Both the position numbers and the translations under genes were made by a program. This document shows positions 49,183-59,698 of a stretch of DNA of 64,000 bases, in pieces. Each line of letters begins with the position of its first letter. Position 1 is the first letter of the stretch. The stretch is from Trueperaceae bacterium (GTDB lineage: Bacteria; Deinococcota; Deinococci; Deinococcales; Trueperaceae), in the NCBI GenBank assembly GCA_034520945.1, contig JAXHNB010000002.1, forward strand, positions 96,001 through 160,000, written 5' to 3'. The notes under the pieces are model-generated. The model ran no database searches. It was not told where the DNA came from and worked only from the letters and a program-made list of their open reading frames with translations.

Positions 49183-49337
49183 GCAGGGATCGCGTGCGTA
49201 CCGGGTGGCGCGCCGCGCGCCGATGCGGCTGCACCGCCTGCCAGCGAGGCGTACGCGAATGCGGGTACGCTCGCAAACGACATGCGCCACGCTCCGCGAC
49301 GTGCGTGGCCGACCCCCGCACGCTTGGAGGTTTCGAC

Positions 49338-49964
49338 GTGCCCGACGCTCCCAACACCCCACGCCTTCTGCCCGAGATCGAAGCCCGACGGAGCCCGCGA
49401 GCGTTCGCGCCCCGCGCCGTGCCCGACGCGATCCTGGCGCGCCTCTTCGAAGCGGCCCGCTGGGCCCCGTCCAGCGGCAACGGCCAGCCGTGGCGCTTCG
49501 TGCTGACGCGCCGCGGCGGCGAGGCATGGGCGCGCCTGGCCGCGACCCTGCGGCCCGGCAACGCCTGGGCCCGCGAGGCGCCCCTGCTGCTGCTGGCCGC
49601 CGTGCACACGGTGTTCGACGCGCCCGGCAAGCCGCCCAAACCCAACCGGCGCGCGCTGTTCGAGCTGGGCCTCGCCTGCCAGAACCTGCTGCTGCAGGCC
49701 ACCCACGACGGCCTGGTCGCACACCCCATGGCGGGCTTCGACGCCGACGCCGCCGCCGAGGCCGCCGGGGTGGAGGGCGAGCACCAAATCGTCGTGCTGC
49801 TGGCGCTTGGCTACCCGGGCGATCCCGCCGCCCTGGATCCCGAGGTGCGGGCCAAGGACGAACGGCCGCGCACACGCCTTCCGCAGCGGGACTTCGTGTT
49901 CGAGGACCGTTGGGGCCTACCGGCCGCCTGGACGCAGGACGCCGGAGACGCGCAAACCTCATGA
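49338..49964 (+). CDS. Nitroreductase family protein
   Basis: RRSPRAF, FEAARWAPSSGNGQPWRF, HPMAGFD, ALGYPG, RPRTR. RBS GGAGG, GTG start. Confidence 0.92.
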   Translation: MPDAPNTPRLLPEIEARRSPRAFAPRAVPDAILARLFEAARWAPSSGNGQPWRFVLTRRGGEAWARLAATLRPGNAWAREAPLLLLAAVHTVFDAPGKPPKPNRRALFELGLACQNLLLQATHDGLVAHPMAGFDADAAAEAAGVEGEHQIVVLLALGYPGDPAALDPEVRAKDERPRTRLPQRDFVFEDRWGLPAAWTQDAGDAQTS

Positions 49965-51196
49965 CGCAGGTCGCGCTCCACGAGGCGACCAGGGCGCTAC
50001 GAGCGGTCGCGCCCACGCCGCACCCGCAGCGCATCCCGTTGGACGAGACGCTCGGACGCACCTTGGCCGAGCCGCACGCCGCCCGCGCGGACGTGCCCGG
50101 CCGCGACGCGGCGGCGATGGACGGCTACGCCTGCCGCGCAATGGACGCTGGGCACGCGACGTCGGCAAACCCCGTGTCGCTGGAGGTGGTCGGCGCGTCG
50201 CGCGCCGGCGCGGCGCACCACGGGACGATCGGGCCCGGCCAGGCGGTCGCGGTCGCCACCGGCGCGGTGCTGCCCGAAGGGGCCGACGCGATCGCGGTGA
50301 TCGAGAACGCGGAGCCCGCGGGGAACGCGGTGCGGCTGTTTGCCCCGCCCGAACCCAAGCACGTGCGCCGCAGCGGCGAAGATCTGGAGCGCGCGGTGGC
50401 CGCCTTGCCCGCAGGCCTGGTGTTGGATCCCGTCCACGTCGGGTTGTTGGCGGCCTTCGGCCACGGCGAGGTCGCCGTCGCGCGGCGCCCGCGCGTGCGG
50501 GTGCTGCCGACCGGACCGGAGCTGGTCGCACCCGGCGGGACACCGGGCCCGGAGCAGGTGTTCGAATCGAACGGCGCGCTGGCGTGCGCCCTGCTTCGTG
50601 CCTTCGGGGCCGACCCCGAGCAGGGTCCGAGCGTCGGGGACGACGAGGCCGCGGTGCGGCGGGCGGCGGACCAGGCGGGCGACGCCGCGCTGCTGGTCAC
50701 CACGGGCGGCGCGTCGGTCGGCCGGCACGACGCGGTCCGCCGCGTGCTCGAGGCGGACGGCGACCTGCGGTTCGGAGGGATCCGTGTCCGTCCCGGCCGG
50801 CCGGCCATGATGGCCGTCCGCGACGGCGTCCCCTGGCTGGCGCTGCCCGGCACCCCGCACGCGGTGGCGGTGCTGGGGACGCTCCTGCTCGGCGCGTGGG
50901 CGCACGCCGCGCTGGGACGCGCGGGCGAGCCGCCGACCGCACGGCGCGTGGCCGCCGTGTGCGACGGGCCTGTCCGTGGCGCGCCCGACCGGACCTCCTT
51001 GTGGCTGGCGCGCACCCATACCGATGGCCGAGGCGTGCGCCACGCGGTGCCGGTGCCACGCCCCGCCGCGTCGCGACTGACCGCCCTGGCCGACGCCGAT
51101 GCGTTGATCGAGGTGCCCCCCGGGCCGGACCTGGCCGCAGGCGCGACGGTCGCCCTCGTTCCCTTCGGCCGTGGCGCGCTCTGGGCGCCGGTCTGA
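49961..51196 (+). CDS. moeA: Molybdopterin molybdotransferase MoeA
   Basis: AMDGYA, ATGAVLPEGADA, VRRSGED, ESNG, TTGGASVG..D, RPGRP, LPG.P. Confidence 0.88.
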   Translation: MTQVALHEATRALRAVAPTPHPQRIPLDETLGRTLAEPHAARADVPGRDAAAMDGYACRAMDAGHATSANPVSLEVVGASRAGAAHHGTIGPGQAVAVATGAVLPEGADAIAVIENAEPAGNAVRLFAPPEPKHVRRSGEDLERAVAALPAGLVLDPVHVGLLAAFGHGEVAVARRPRVRVLPTGPELVAPGGTPGPEQVFESNGALACALLRAFGADPEQGPSVGDDEAAVRRAADQAGDAALLVTTGGASVGRHDAVRRVLEADGDLRFGGIRVRPGRPAMMAVRDGVPWLALPGTPHAVAVLGTLLLGAWAHAALGRAGEPPTARRVAAVCDGPVRGAPDRTSLWLARTHTDGRGVRHAVPVPRPAASRLTALADADALIEVPPGPDLAAGATVALVPFGRGALWAPV

Positions 51197-51234
51197 ACCT
51201 CGACGGGACGCGGCGTCCCCTGCCGCCGGCTCGA

Positions 51235-53377
51235 TCAACGATCCAGGTGCGCCCCGTCGGGGCGTTCCTCGAAGCCGCGGCGGGGCGAGGCCGCCGGGAT
51301 CAGCACCAGTGTGGCGAGGGCCGCCACCAGCATCGCGACCCACATCAGGAACGAGATCTGGTGGTGCGGCCTGAGCGGCGAGAGCTGCAGCGCGCTGAGG
51401 CCGACGGCGATGCCGAGGGCGTTCGCCACGATGGGGCGAGTGGCGACGCGCAGCCCCCGGCGCACCCAACCGCGTCCGTCCGGCGCGGCGCGGCGCGCGT
51501 GCTCGATGGCCGCGATCAAGTGCAACGCGTAATCGATGCCGACCCCCAGCACGATGCTGGAGGCGACCACGGTGATCAGGTTCAGGTGAAACCCGGTCGC
51601 CGCCATGAACCCCAATACCACCGCGACGGTGAGCGAGATCGGCGCCAACGCCAGCAGGGCGCGGCCGAGACGCCGGTAGGTGAGCCATAGAAGCAGCGCC
51701 ACCAACGCGAACGCCACGCCCAGCGAGCGCACCTGTGCCCGGGCGACGGTATGGCTCAACTGCTGGAACAGCATCGGCGTGCCCGAGAGGATCCGGATCT
51801 CGGGCGCGTCCTGGGCCGCGTTCCGCCAGGTGGACACGTCGCCGGCGTCGTAGTCCCCCGGCAGGAACACGAAGCGCAGTCCGTCCTCGCGGGCCATCGG
51901 CCCGAAGGGCAGGTCGCCCTCGCCCCTGAGCAGCGCGTCGCGGCGCGATGCCGGCACGCGCGGCAGGATGTCCGCCAGCGACACCACCCGGCGGACGCCG
52001 GGCAGGTCCTCCAGCGCGCGGGCGCGGTCGCGGATCGCGGCCAGCTGCGGCTTTAGGGGCGCGCCAGGGTCCAGCGCGAACTCGCCGAACAGCGGCGTCG
52101 CCCCGCCGAAGGCGTCCTCCACCGCGCGGAAGCTCTGCCGCACGGGGTGTTCGCGGGGGAAGTAGAACAGCGGGTCGCTGTCGACCGACAGGCGGGGCGC
52201 GTACCAGCCGGCGAACGCCAGCAGCGGGACCACCAGGACCCAGGCGGCCGCCCGCCGTGCCGCCAACCATTCGACGCCCCGCACGAGCCCCTTGCCCACC
52301 CCTCGAGGCGTCCCCTGCACGTCGAGCCGTGACATCAGGGCCGGCAGGGTGAAGTACGAGATGGCGCCGGCCAGCGCGATGCCGGTCGCGACGAACGCCC
52401 CGAGCTGTTGCAGCGGCGCCACGCCGGTCGCGATAAGGGAGAGGAACCCCGCCGCGGTGCTGAGCGTGGTGAGGATCATCGGCACGCCCACCTCGCGCAG
52501 GGCGGCCCCCACCCGGCCGGTGCGCGATTCGCCGCGCGTGGCGGCGTCCTGGAGGTGGCTGACGAAGTGCAGACCGTCGGCGGAACCCATCACGATCACG
52601 AAGACCGGCACGATCACCGTGATCAGGTCCACCTCCACCCCCCACGCGAACAGCAGTCCGAACGTCCATAGAGAACCCAGCACGGCTGGCAGCACCGCCA
52701 GCGCCGCCAGCCGGGGGCGGCCCAGCGTCAGCGTGAACACCGCCAGCAGCAGCGCCAGCACCAGCGGCGGGATGGCCAGCAGGAACCACGACAGCAGGTC
52801 CAGCACCTCCGCGTACACCACCGGGTTGCCCGCGAAGGTCGCGTCCACTCCTTCCGGAAGGGCCACGTCGCGCACCTGCCGGGCCGCCGCGACCGGGTCC
52901 CCGCGCGGCTGGACGACCAGCAGGGTGCGGCGCGCGTCCTTCCCCAGCAGCATCTCCGTGGCGGGCCCGGCCCGGAGCGCAGGCAAGCAGCGGCGCGGGC
53001 AGGCCGCGCAGCACCTCGGCGTTCAGCGTGCCCCCCAGCACCGGCATCTCCTGCGGCAGGAACGAACCGACACTCGCGACCGCGTCGCTGGCCGCCAGGG
53101 CCGCGCGGGCCTCCGCCAGCGCGACCATGCCCTCCCGCTCCGTGAAGGTGCCGCCGTCGGTCCGCGTCAACAGGACGGTGATCGGCTCCGCCGCGCCGTA
53201 CCGTTCTTGCAGGGCCGCGAAGGAGCGCCCTTCGGCGCTGCTCTCCGTCAGGAAGGAGGTGACGTCCACGTCGAACGCGACGCGCGGCAGCATCGCCAGT
53301 GCCGCGGCGGTCAGAAGCGCGGTGACGGCCAGCACCAGGCGGGACCGGCCGACCACGAAGCGCGCCAGCGCGTCCAT
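51235..53377 (-). CDS. MMPL/RND family transporter, frameshifted near 52980
   Basis: The N-terminal part (MDALARFV..) and the C-terminal ORF 51235-52986 (GSADGLHF, LTTLST.AGF, GVGIDYALH) are in different frames and join into one duplicated-TM MMPL protein. Confidence 0.85.
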
Positions 53378-53536
53378 GGGCCTCATGGTACGTCCCGGGC
53401 GCCCGTGGTGCGTCGCTTCGTCCGGGGAGGCCTACGCCGTTCGCGTCCTACAGGTGGGCTTGCGCCCAGGCGAGGCGTCCCCTACACTCGCCGCGACGGC
53501 AAGGAGGGTTGGGACTCGGAGAGAGCGAGGAGCGAC

Positions 53537-54775
53537 ATGGGCGAACGCGTGGATACCGTCGTGATCGGAGGCGGGCAGGCCGGGCTGTCCGCGAGCCATT
53601 TCCTCGGCCGGGCGGGCCGCGAGCACCTGGTCCTGGAACGAGACCGGGTCGGCGAGCGATGGCGTAGCGGCGTCTGGGACTCGTTCACGCTCGTGACCCC
53701 GAATTGGACCCTGCGTTTGCCGGAGTTCGCGTACGACGGGGACGATCCCGACGGCTTCCTCGGCAAGGACGACGTGGTGGCCTACCTCGAGGCGTTCGCC
53801 CGCAAGGTCGACCCGCCCCTTCGCACGGGGGTCGAGGTCACCGCGGTTCGCGGGGACGACGCCGCCGATGTTTTCACGCTCGAAACCACCGACGGGACGT
53901 TACGGGCCCGCAACGTGATCTTGGCCACCGGGACGTTCCGGCACCCCCATCGGCCCGCCGCCGCCGACGACCTGCCGCGCGACCTGCATCAGGTGCACGC
54001 CAGCGCCTACCGAAACCCGGACGCCCTTCCGGACGGGGCGGTGCTGGTCGTGGGCAGCGGCCAGTCGGGCACCCAGATCGCCGACGATCTCGTACGCAGC
54101 GGCCGCCGCACCTACCTGTCCGTGGGACGGGCGCCGCGCCTCCCGCGGCGCTACCGCGGCAAGGACCTGTTCTGGTGGGCCACCACCCTCGGCATCTTCG
54201 ACCGGACGCCCGACCAACTCGAATCGTTGGCCGAACGGTTCGCACCCCACCCGCAGCTCACCGGCCGCGACGGCGGGCGAAGCCTGGACCTGCACGCGTT
54301 GGCGCGCGACGGCGTGACGCTCCTGGGGCGGTTCCAGGGCGCCGGCGACGATCGCCTGCAGTTCGCGCCCGACCTGCACGAAACGCTGGCGCGCATCGAT
54401 CAGGGCGTCGCCGAGTTCCAGCGCAACGTGGACGGCGCCGTCGCCAAGATGGATCTCGACGTGCCTCCGCCCAATGAGCACGAGAACCCGGTCCTGCGCG
54501 ACGGGTACGACGAGCCGCTGCGAACCGAGCTGGGGATGCGCGAGGCCGGCCTCGCCGCCGTGGTGTGGGCGACCGGCTACCGGCACGACTTCTCCTGGGT
54601 GGAACCGTTGCCGTTGGACGACTGGAACTACCCCGACCAACGACGCGGCGTCAGCGACGTGCCCGGCCTGTACCTGACCGGCCTGCACTGGATGCACACG
54701 CAGAAGTCGGGCCTGTTCTACGGCCTGGCGGGCGACACCGAGCACGTGACGGATCACCTGCTGGCGCACCGCTGA
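53537..54775 (+). CDS. Flavin-dependent oxidoreductase (FMO/CzcO-like)
   Basis: VIGGGQAGL, WDSFTLVTPNW, HASAYRNP, VGSGQSG.QIA, WATGY. Confidence 0.9.
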   Translation: MGERVDTVVIGGGQAGLSASHFLGRAGREHLVLERDRVGERWRSGVWDSFTLVTPNWTLRLPEFAYDGDDPDGFLGKDDVVAYLEAFARKVDPPLRTGVEVTAVRGDDAADVFTLETTDGTLRARNVILATGTFRHPHRPAAADDLPRDLHQVHASAYRNPDALPDGAVLVVGSGQSGTQIADDLVRSGRRTYLSVGRAPRLPRRYRGKDLFWWATTLGIFDRTPDQLESLAERFAPHPQLTGRDGGRSLDLHALARDGVTLLGRFQGAGDDRLQFAPDLHETLARIDQGVAEFQRNVDGAVAKMDLDVPPPNEHENPVLRDGYDEPLRTELGMREAGLAAVVWATGYRHDFSWVEPLPLDDWNYPDQRRGVSDVPGLYLTGLHWMHTQKSGLFYGLAGDTEHVTDHLLAHR

Positions 54776-54805
54776 GCCGGCCGTCCGGGCGGGTATCCTC
54801 GCGCC

Positions 54806-55936
54806 ATGACGCGCGATGCTGTGAGGGCCCGCGACTTGGGCGTCCCCTTCGATGGCGACCCCGGTCCCCTGAACGCTGTGACCGATGTGCCGGGTGTGGA
54901 GGTCGGGCACGTCACGCGGATCGAGGACCTGCCGGCGCGTGACGATGCCCCTGGGGGCGTGGCGGTTCGGACCGGCGTGACCGCCCTCCATCCACTGGGC
55001 CGCGGCGCGACCGAGGGCGTGATGGGGGGTTTTTTCTCGCTCAACGGCAACGGCGAGATGACCGGCACCGCCTTCCTCGACGAGTTCGGCACCGTCTTCG
55101 GGCCGGTCGTGTCGACCAACACGCTGAACGTGGGCACGGCGCGCGACGCGGTGGCGGCGTGGTGCCGGGCGCGGATCGGGTTCGGCCACGCTGTGACGGC
55201 GGGAAGCCTGCCGGTCGCCGCGGAGACGTGGGACGGCAAGCTGAATGACATCTTCGGGGGGCACGTCCGGGCCGAGCACGTGCACCGCGCCCTGGACGCC
55301 GCCAGCGCCGGCCCGGTCGCCGAAGGCAACGTCGGCGGGGGCACCGGCATGACGGCGTACGACTTCAAGGCGGGGATCGGGACGGCCTCCCGGCGGGTCG
55401 CCACGACGGGTGGCCCCTACACGTTGGGCGTGCTGGTGCAGGCCAACTACGGCAAGCGCCCCCACCTGCGCATCGCGGGCGTGCCGGTCGGCCGGGAGAT
55501 CCCCGAAGCGATGCCGACCGCCGAAGACGGCGCGGAGGCAGGGCGTCCCGCCGGTCCGGATGGCTCGATCATCGCGATGGTCGTTACCGACGCGCCCCTA
55601 CTGCCGGTTCAGCTTCGGGCCGTCGCCAAACGCGTGGCGCTGGGCCTCGGCCGCAACGGCAGCATCGCGGCGCACTCCTCGGGCGACCTGTTCCTGGCGA
55701 TGTCGACCGCCAACCGCGTGGCCTACGACCCAGACGGGGTGCACCGCGCCTCGTTCGTGCCGAGCGAGCGGCTGGACCCGGTCTACGAGGCCACGGTGCA
55801 GGCCAGCGAGGAGGCGGTCGTGAACGCCTTGGTGGCCGCGCGGACGATGACTGGGGCGGGCGGGGTCACCTACTACGCTTTGCCGCACGCGCGGTTGCAG
55901 GAGGTCTTGCATGCCTATGGCCGGCTGGCCCGATGA
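54806..55936 (+). CDS. P1/S58 family peptidase (DmpA-like L-aminopeptidase/D-esterase)
   Basis: NAVTDVPGVEVGH, NGNGEMTG, ETWDG.LND, EGNVGGGTGM, autocleavage site GSII, SGD. Confidence 0.92.
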   Translation: MTRDAVRARDLGVPFDGDPGPLNAVTDVPGVEVGHVTRIEDLPARDDAPGGVAVRTGVTALHPLGRGATEGVMGGFFSLNGNGEMTGTAFLDEFGTVFGPVVSTNTLNVGTARDAVAAWCRARIGFGHAVTAGSLPVAAETWDGKLNDIFGGHVRAEHVHRALDAASAGPVAEGNVGGGTGMTAYDFKAGIGTASRRVATTGGPYTLGVLVQANYGKRPHLRIAGVPVGREIPEAMPTAEDGAEAGRPAGPDGSIIAMVVTDAPLLPVQLRAVAKRVALGLGRNGSIAAHSSGDLFLAMSTANRVAYDPDGVHRASFVPSERLDPVYEATVQASEEAVVNALVAARTMTGAGGVTYYALPHARLQEVLHAYGRLAR

Positions 55937-56772
55937 GCCGGTCGGAGTCCACGCCCGGGTCTGCGACCTCGTTCCTCCGCGGCATCCGCAGTTACCTCTT
56001 CGACCTGGACGGGTGTCTGTGGTTCGGCGACGTTCTGGCCGACGGGGCGACCGAGCTGGTCCGCGACCTTCGGGATGCCGGTCTATCGGTGGGCTTCCTG
56101 ACCAACGCATCCGTCGCCAGCGGCGCTGAGCTTGCCGCGAAGCTGACGCGTCTCGGCATCCCCGCTACGGCCGAACAGGTCCTGGCGCCGCTGGACGTGG
56201 TGGCCGATCACGACGCCGTCCGCGACTCGCAAGGTGCGTTCGTGCTCGGCACGGGCTCGGTGGCGGCGCGACTCCGGGAGCGTGGCGTCCCGGTCGTCTC
56301 CGACCCCGCGCAGGCCGACGTGGTGGTGGTCGGCAAGGACACGAACGCGACCTATCGCGACCTCGCGGCGGCGACGCATGCCCTGCGCCTCGGCGCGCGC
56401 CTGGTGGCGCTCAACCTGGACGCCAGCGTCCCTGCCGCCGGAGGCCGCCGGGAGCCGGGCGTCGGCGCGATCGTCGCGGCCCTCACCACGGCGTCGGGCG
56501 TGGCGGCCGCGTCGGTGGGCAAGCCGAGCGCCCTGTTCTTCCAGGTCGCGTTGCAGAGGTTCGCGATGAGCCCGGAACGGACGGTGATGGTGGGCGACAC
56601 GCCCGAGACGGACGTGCGTGGAGGGCGCGCGGCGGGGCTGCGGACCGTTCTGCTGCGGCCGGGCACACCCGATGCGCCGGAGTCGCGTGGGGGTGAACGC
56701 GACGCAGCCGACGAGCCCGACCTGCAGGTGCCCGATCTGCACGCGTTGCGGCGCATGCTGCTGTCCGGTTGA
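55933..56772 (+). CDS. HAD-IIA family hydrolase (NagD-like)
   Basis: FDLDG, LTN, GKPS, MVGDTPETD. Confidence 0.9.
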   Translation: MSRSESTPGSATSFLRGIRSYLFDLDGCLWFGDVLADGATELVRDLRDAGLSVGFLTNASVASGAELAAKLTRLGIPATAEQVLAPLDVVADHDAVRDSQGAFVLGTGSVAARLRERGVPVVSDPAQADVVVVGKDTNATYRDLAAATHALRLGARLVALNLDASVPAAGGRREPGVGAIVAALTTASGVAAASVGKPSALFFQVALQRFAMSPERTVMVGDTPETDVRGGRAAGLRTVLLRPGTPDAPESRGGERDAADEPDLQVPDLHALRRMLLSG

Positions 56773-56813
56773 CGTCGTCGGTGGGGCGACGGCGCCCCCA
56801 TGCGGTGGCTCGT

Positions 56814-57674
56814 TCAGCGGTCGTCCGCAGGATCGGACGGTACCGCCTCCGTCCCGCGGCTGCTCCATCCCCGCCGCGGGTGACGCAACGGCAGGGACCA
56901 GTGGAGTGGATCGCGGCCGCGTACGGTCCACGTGATGGGGTCGGCCAACTCGAGCAGACCCCAGGCGCCCGAGGGCTCCGGCGGGGTGGTGAAGCACTCG
57001 GTCAGCGAGGGCAACGTCGCGAACGCGATCCCGTCGAGGAACGAAAGCGCGTTCCAGTGGGTGTGGCCGTTCACGCACAGGATCACCTGGCGGTGGCGCG
57101 CCAGGAGTTGCGTCGCCTCGTGCACGTTGGCGTGCCAGGCGCGGCTCGCCGGCCGGTGCTCGAAGTAGAGGTTCCCGTCCATCGGCGCGCGGTGCGCCGG
57201 GGCGTGGCTGAACAGGACCGTCGGCGCATCGTGCGCGGCCAGGTCCGCTTCGAGCCAGGCCAGGTCGCCGTCGCTGAGCCGCATGTTCCCGAGCTTCGGC
57301 ACGTAGCGGCAGTCCGGATTCCAGAACGTCAGGTGCCAACCCCCTTCGTTCCGGCTGTGATGGCGAAGGCCGTGCCCGAGAACCTGCTCGTGCTCGGCGA
57401 CGCTCAGGTTGTCCACGTCGTGGTTGCCCACCAGGTGCACGCGCGGCGTGGCCAGCGCCGCGAACATCTCGGCCACCCTCCTCAGGTTCCGAGCGTCCTT
57501 CGCAGCATCTGCCTGGTTGATCCGATCGCCGAGATCGACCACCAGGTCGGGACGATGCCGCGCGATCTCCGCCAGCGCCGCAGGCAGGAGGTCGGGCGCG
57601 CGGCTGCCCAGCTTCGTGCCCTGATCCTCGCCGCAGTGGACGTCCGCAACCATGGCGATGCGCAGGGGCTTCAC
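56814..57674 (-). CDS. Metallophosphoesterase (calcineurin-like)
   Basis: ADVH, DLGDRI, GNHD, SH, GHTH. GTGA overlap with the upstream gene. Confidence 0.9.
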   Translation of the reverse strand: MKPLRIAMVADVHCGEDQGTKLGSRAPDLLPAALAEIARHRPDLVVDLGDRINQADAAKDARNLRRVAEMFAALATPRVHLVGNHDVDNLSVAEHEQVLGHGLRHHSRNEGGWHLTFWNPDCRYVPKLGNMRLSDGDLAWLEADLAAHDAPTVLFSHAPAHRAPMDGNLYFEHRPASRAWHANVHEATQLLARHRQVILCVNGHTHWNALSFLDGIAFATLPSLTECFTTPPEPSGAWGLLELADPITWTVRGRDPLHWSLPLRHPRRGWSSRGTEAVPSDPADDR

Positions 57675-58039
57675 GCCTTCCCGTCGCCCCGCTCGGTGTC
57701 GGGGAGTCCGCGCCGCTCGTCCTCGGGAAGGCGGCGCCGGGGCGGCTCGCCCTCCGTGGCGTCCGGCGCGAGGACGGGGAGCGGTCCCCGGAAGCGGGTG
57801 GCCAACCACCTGGCGGCCAGGAAGCCCAGCAGCGCCCCGACCACCACGGCCGGGCCGAACCGGGTGAGCCCCAGGAAGGCGGCCAGCGTGATGAGCCCGC
57901 GTACCCCGTAGCTGGCCAGCCGCCACGCCGTGCGCCGGTGGTTCCGCGCCGTGCGCTGGACCGTCCAGCGTAGCCCCGCGAAGTGAATCCAGCCCACCAC
58001 CAGGCCGGCCACGACGCCGAACAGGAGCATGATCAGCAT
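57671..58039 (-). CDS. N-ATPase AtpR-like membrane protein (orphan)
   Basis: G...G..HF.GL.WTV.R.......LASY.VR......F.........GALLGFLAAR pattern with two intramembrane Arg, recognised by eye. Confidence 0.7.
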   Translation of the reverse strand: MLIMLLFGVVAGLVVGWIHFAGLRWTVQRTARNHRRTAWRLASYGVRGLITLAAFLGLTRFGPAVVVGALLGFLAARWLATRFRGPLPVLAPDATEGEPPRRRLPEDERRGLPDTERGDGKA

Positions 58040-58145
58040 GGCGCACCCTCCGATGCGCGGCGGGCGCCGCGTCGCGCACCCGCGTCGGTCACGGGATCGC
58101 CTCCCGTACCCATGGCCTCGCCTCGCCGGTCGACGTCACGTCCGT

Positions 58146-58424
58146 TCACGGCCCGATGGTACCCGACGTGGTGGGCCTGGACCTGCTCTGGCCGGGCGGC
58201 GCGTCGTGCGCTTGGCCCGGCGTCAGCGCGAAGCCGAGGACCCGCCCCCGGCCCGCGGCAGCCCAATGAAGCTTGGTGTTGAGTAGACCGTGTGCCAACG
58301 ACCGTACTTCTTCGGCGAACCCCGCCAGGTGCAGCCGTTCACGGCGATCTTCTCGGGAAACGACCCGATGGAGGCGGGGGCGATCCAGGCCCTTCGTGAA
58401 AGCGGTTTCATAGCAAGTTCGCAC
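58146..58424 (-). mobile_element. IS5-family transposase remnant (internally deleted, frameshifted)
   Basis: NGCTWRGSPKKYGRWHTVY (N-terminal IS5 motif) directly abuts NTKLH..A.......FALTPGQAHDAP (DDE-region motif) in another frame. Ends approximate. Confidence 0.75.
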
Positions 58425-58520
58425 CGGGGGTGGTTCGCGTCAAAGGGGATCGCCTCCACGCGCGTTCCCGTCAGGTATTCCGTCGGTTCAGAAGACGCTC
58501 CGGGCGGGGCGCCGGCGTGG

Positions 58521-59351
58521 TCAGTCGGTCGTCCCCGCCGGCTCCGAGGGGCGGCTGGATGACTGCGAGCCGTGATGGCCGAACCGTTCCGAGATCTCCG
58601 ACGCGGCCTGGAGCACCAACTCCGTATGGCCCGCTACCACGTCCTCGGTCATGTGGAAGATGGCGCCGGCGACGCTGACCGCCGCGATCACGCGTCCGTC
58701 GGCGCGGCGTATCGGGGCCGCCACGCAGCGGATGCCGATCCCCCGCTCCTCGTCGTCGAAGGCGTAGCCGCGTTCACGCACGACCTCCAGGTGGCTTCGG
58801 AGCGCCTCGGGGGTGTCGATGGTGCGGTGCGTCAGCTGCGTCAGGTCGTGCTCATGCAGCAGTGCGTCGAGCTCGGGGCCGTCCAGATCCGCGAGCAACA
58901 CCTTGCCGAGCGCCGTGGCATTCGCGGGATGCCGTCCGCCGATCTCGCCTTGGATGCCGATCTCCCGGTGCGCCTTCTCGATGGCGATGTACACCACCTC
59001 GAACTCATCCCGCACGGCAAGGCTCACCGTCTGACCCGTACGGGCCGCCAACCTCTGCATGAACGGCCGCGCCACCGTGTCCAGCTCGAGCCCGCGCAGG
59101 TAGCCGTGGCTCAGTTCCAGGACGCGCGGGCCCAGGCGGTACACGTCCTTGTCGCGCAACACCACGCGATCGGCCTCCAGCGTCCGAAGGATCCGGAGCA
59201 TGGACGCCTTGTTGACGTCCTCGTGCTGCGCCAGCTCGTCGAGGGTCCACCCGTCGTTGCGGCTCGCCAGGGTCCACAGCACGCGCAGGGCGCGCGCGAG
59301 GATCTGCACCACGTACTTCCCGTCCGAAGTGTCGGCGGAATCGTTGAACAT
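58521..59351 (-). CDS. IclR family transcriptional regulator
   Basis: VQILARALRVL HTH, YRLGP, ATALGKVLLA, RERGYAFDDEE..GIRCVAAP. Confidence 0.94.
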   Translation of the reverse strand: MFNDSADTSDGKYVVQILARALRVLWTLASRNDGWTLDELAQHEDVNKASMLRILRTLEADRVVLRDKDVYRLGPRVLELSHGYLRGLELDTVARPFMQRLAARTGQTVSLAVRDEFEVVYIAIEKAHREIGIQGEIGGRHPANATALGKVLLADLDGPELDALLHEHDLTQLTHRTIDTPEALRSHLEVVRERGYAFDDEERGIGIRCVAAPIRRADGRVIAAVSVAGAIFHMTEDVVAGHTELVLQAASEISERFGHHGSQSSSRPSEPAGTTD

Positions 59352-59496
59352 CACACCACGCCTTTCGATAGCGGCTTTGCGCGACGACGACGCTCCGTGT
59401 CGCATCGAACGTGCCGTACGGGGAGGGCGGCACCGGGGCGGCGGTTCGCAGGTGCGGCCCAATGCGACTCGAATCCACGGACATTCAACCACGAGG

Positions 59497-59525
59497 GTGA
59501 CATGAAATCGTGTTTCGCGTATAGT
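59497..59525 (+). promoter_or_regulatory. Sigma70 promoter of the SDR gene with an IclR-type operator in the spacer
   Basis: GTGACA-17 nt-TATAGT; the spacer holds TGAAA-TCGTG-TTTCG (59503-59517). Confidence 0.7.
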
Positions 59526-59698
59526 CCTGAGCGTGTAGGCGATCTGGATCCCCGCGTGTACGCGCGATGCATGCGCAGAAGCGACGGTGGTCCGGGGACC
59601 TGCCGATCGAAGGTTCGCTCGCGTAGCCGAGACGGATCGACGCCAATGAGCGGCGCGGAGCTGACGCGCCCGGACCCCCAGCGACGAAGGAGTGACAC

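Noticed and set aside
49997..53386. 1129-aa minus-strand ORF as a novel giant membrane protein
   Set aside because: Only the first ~135 aa are the real MMPL N-terminus; the rest is out-of-frame read-through after the frameshift.
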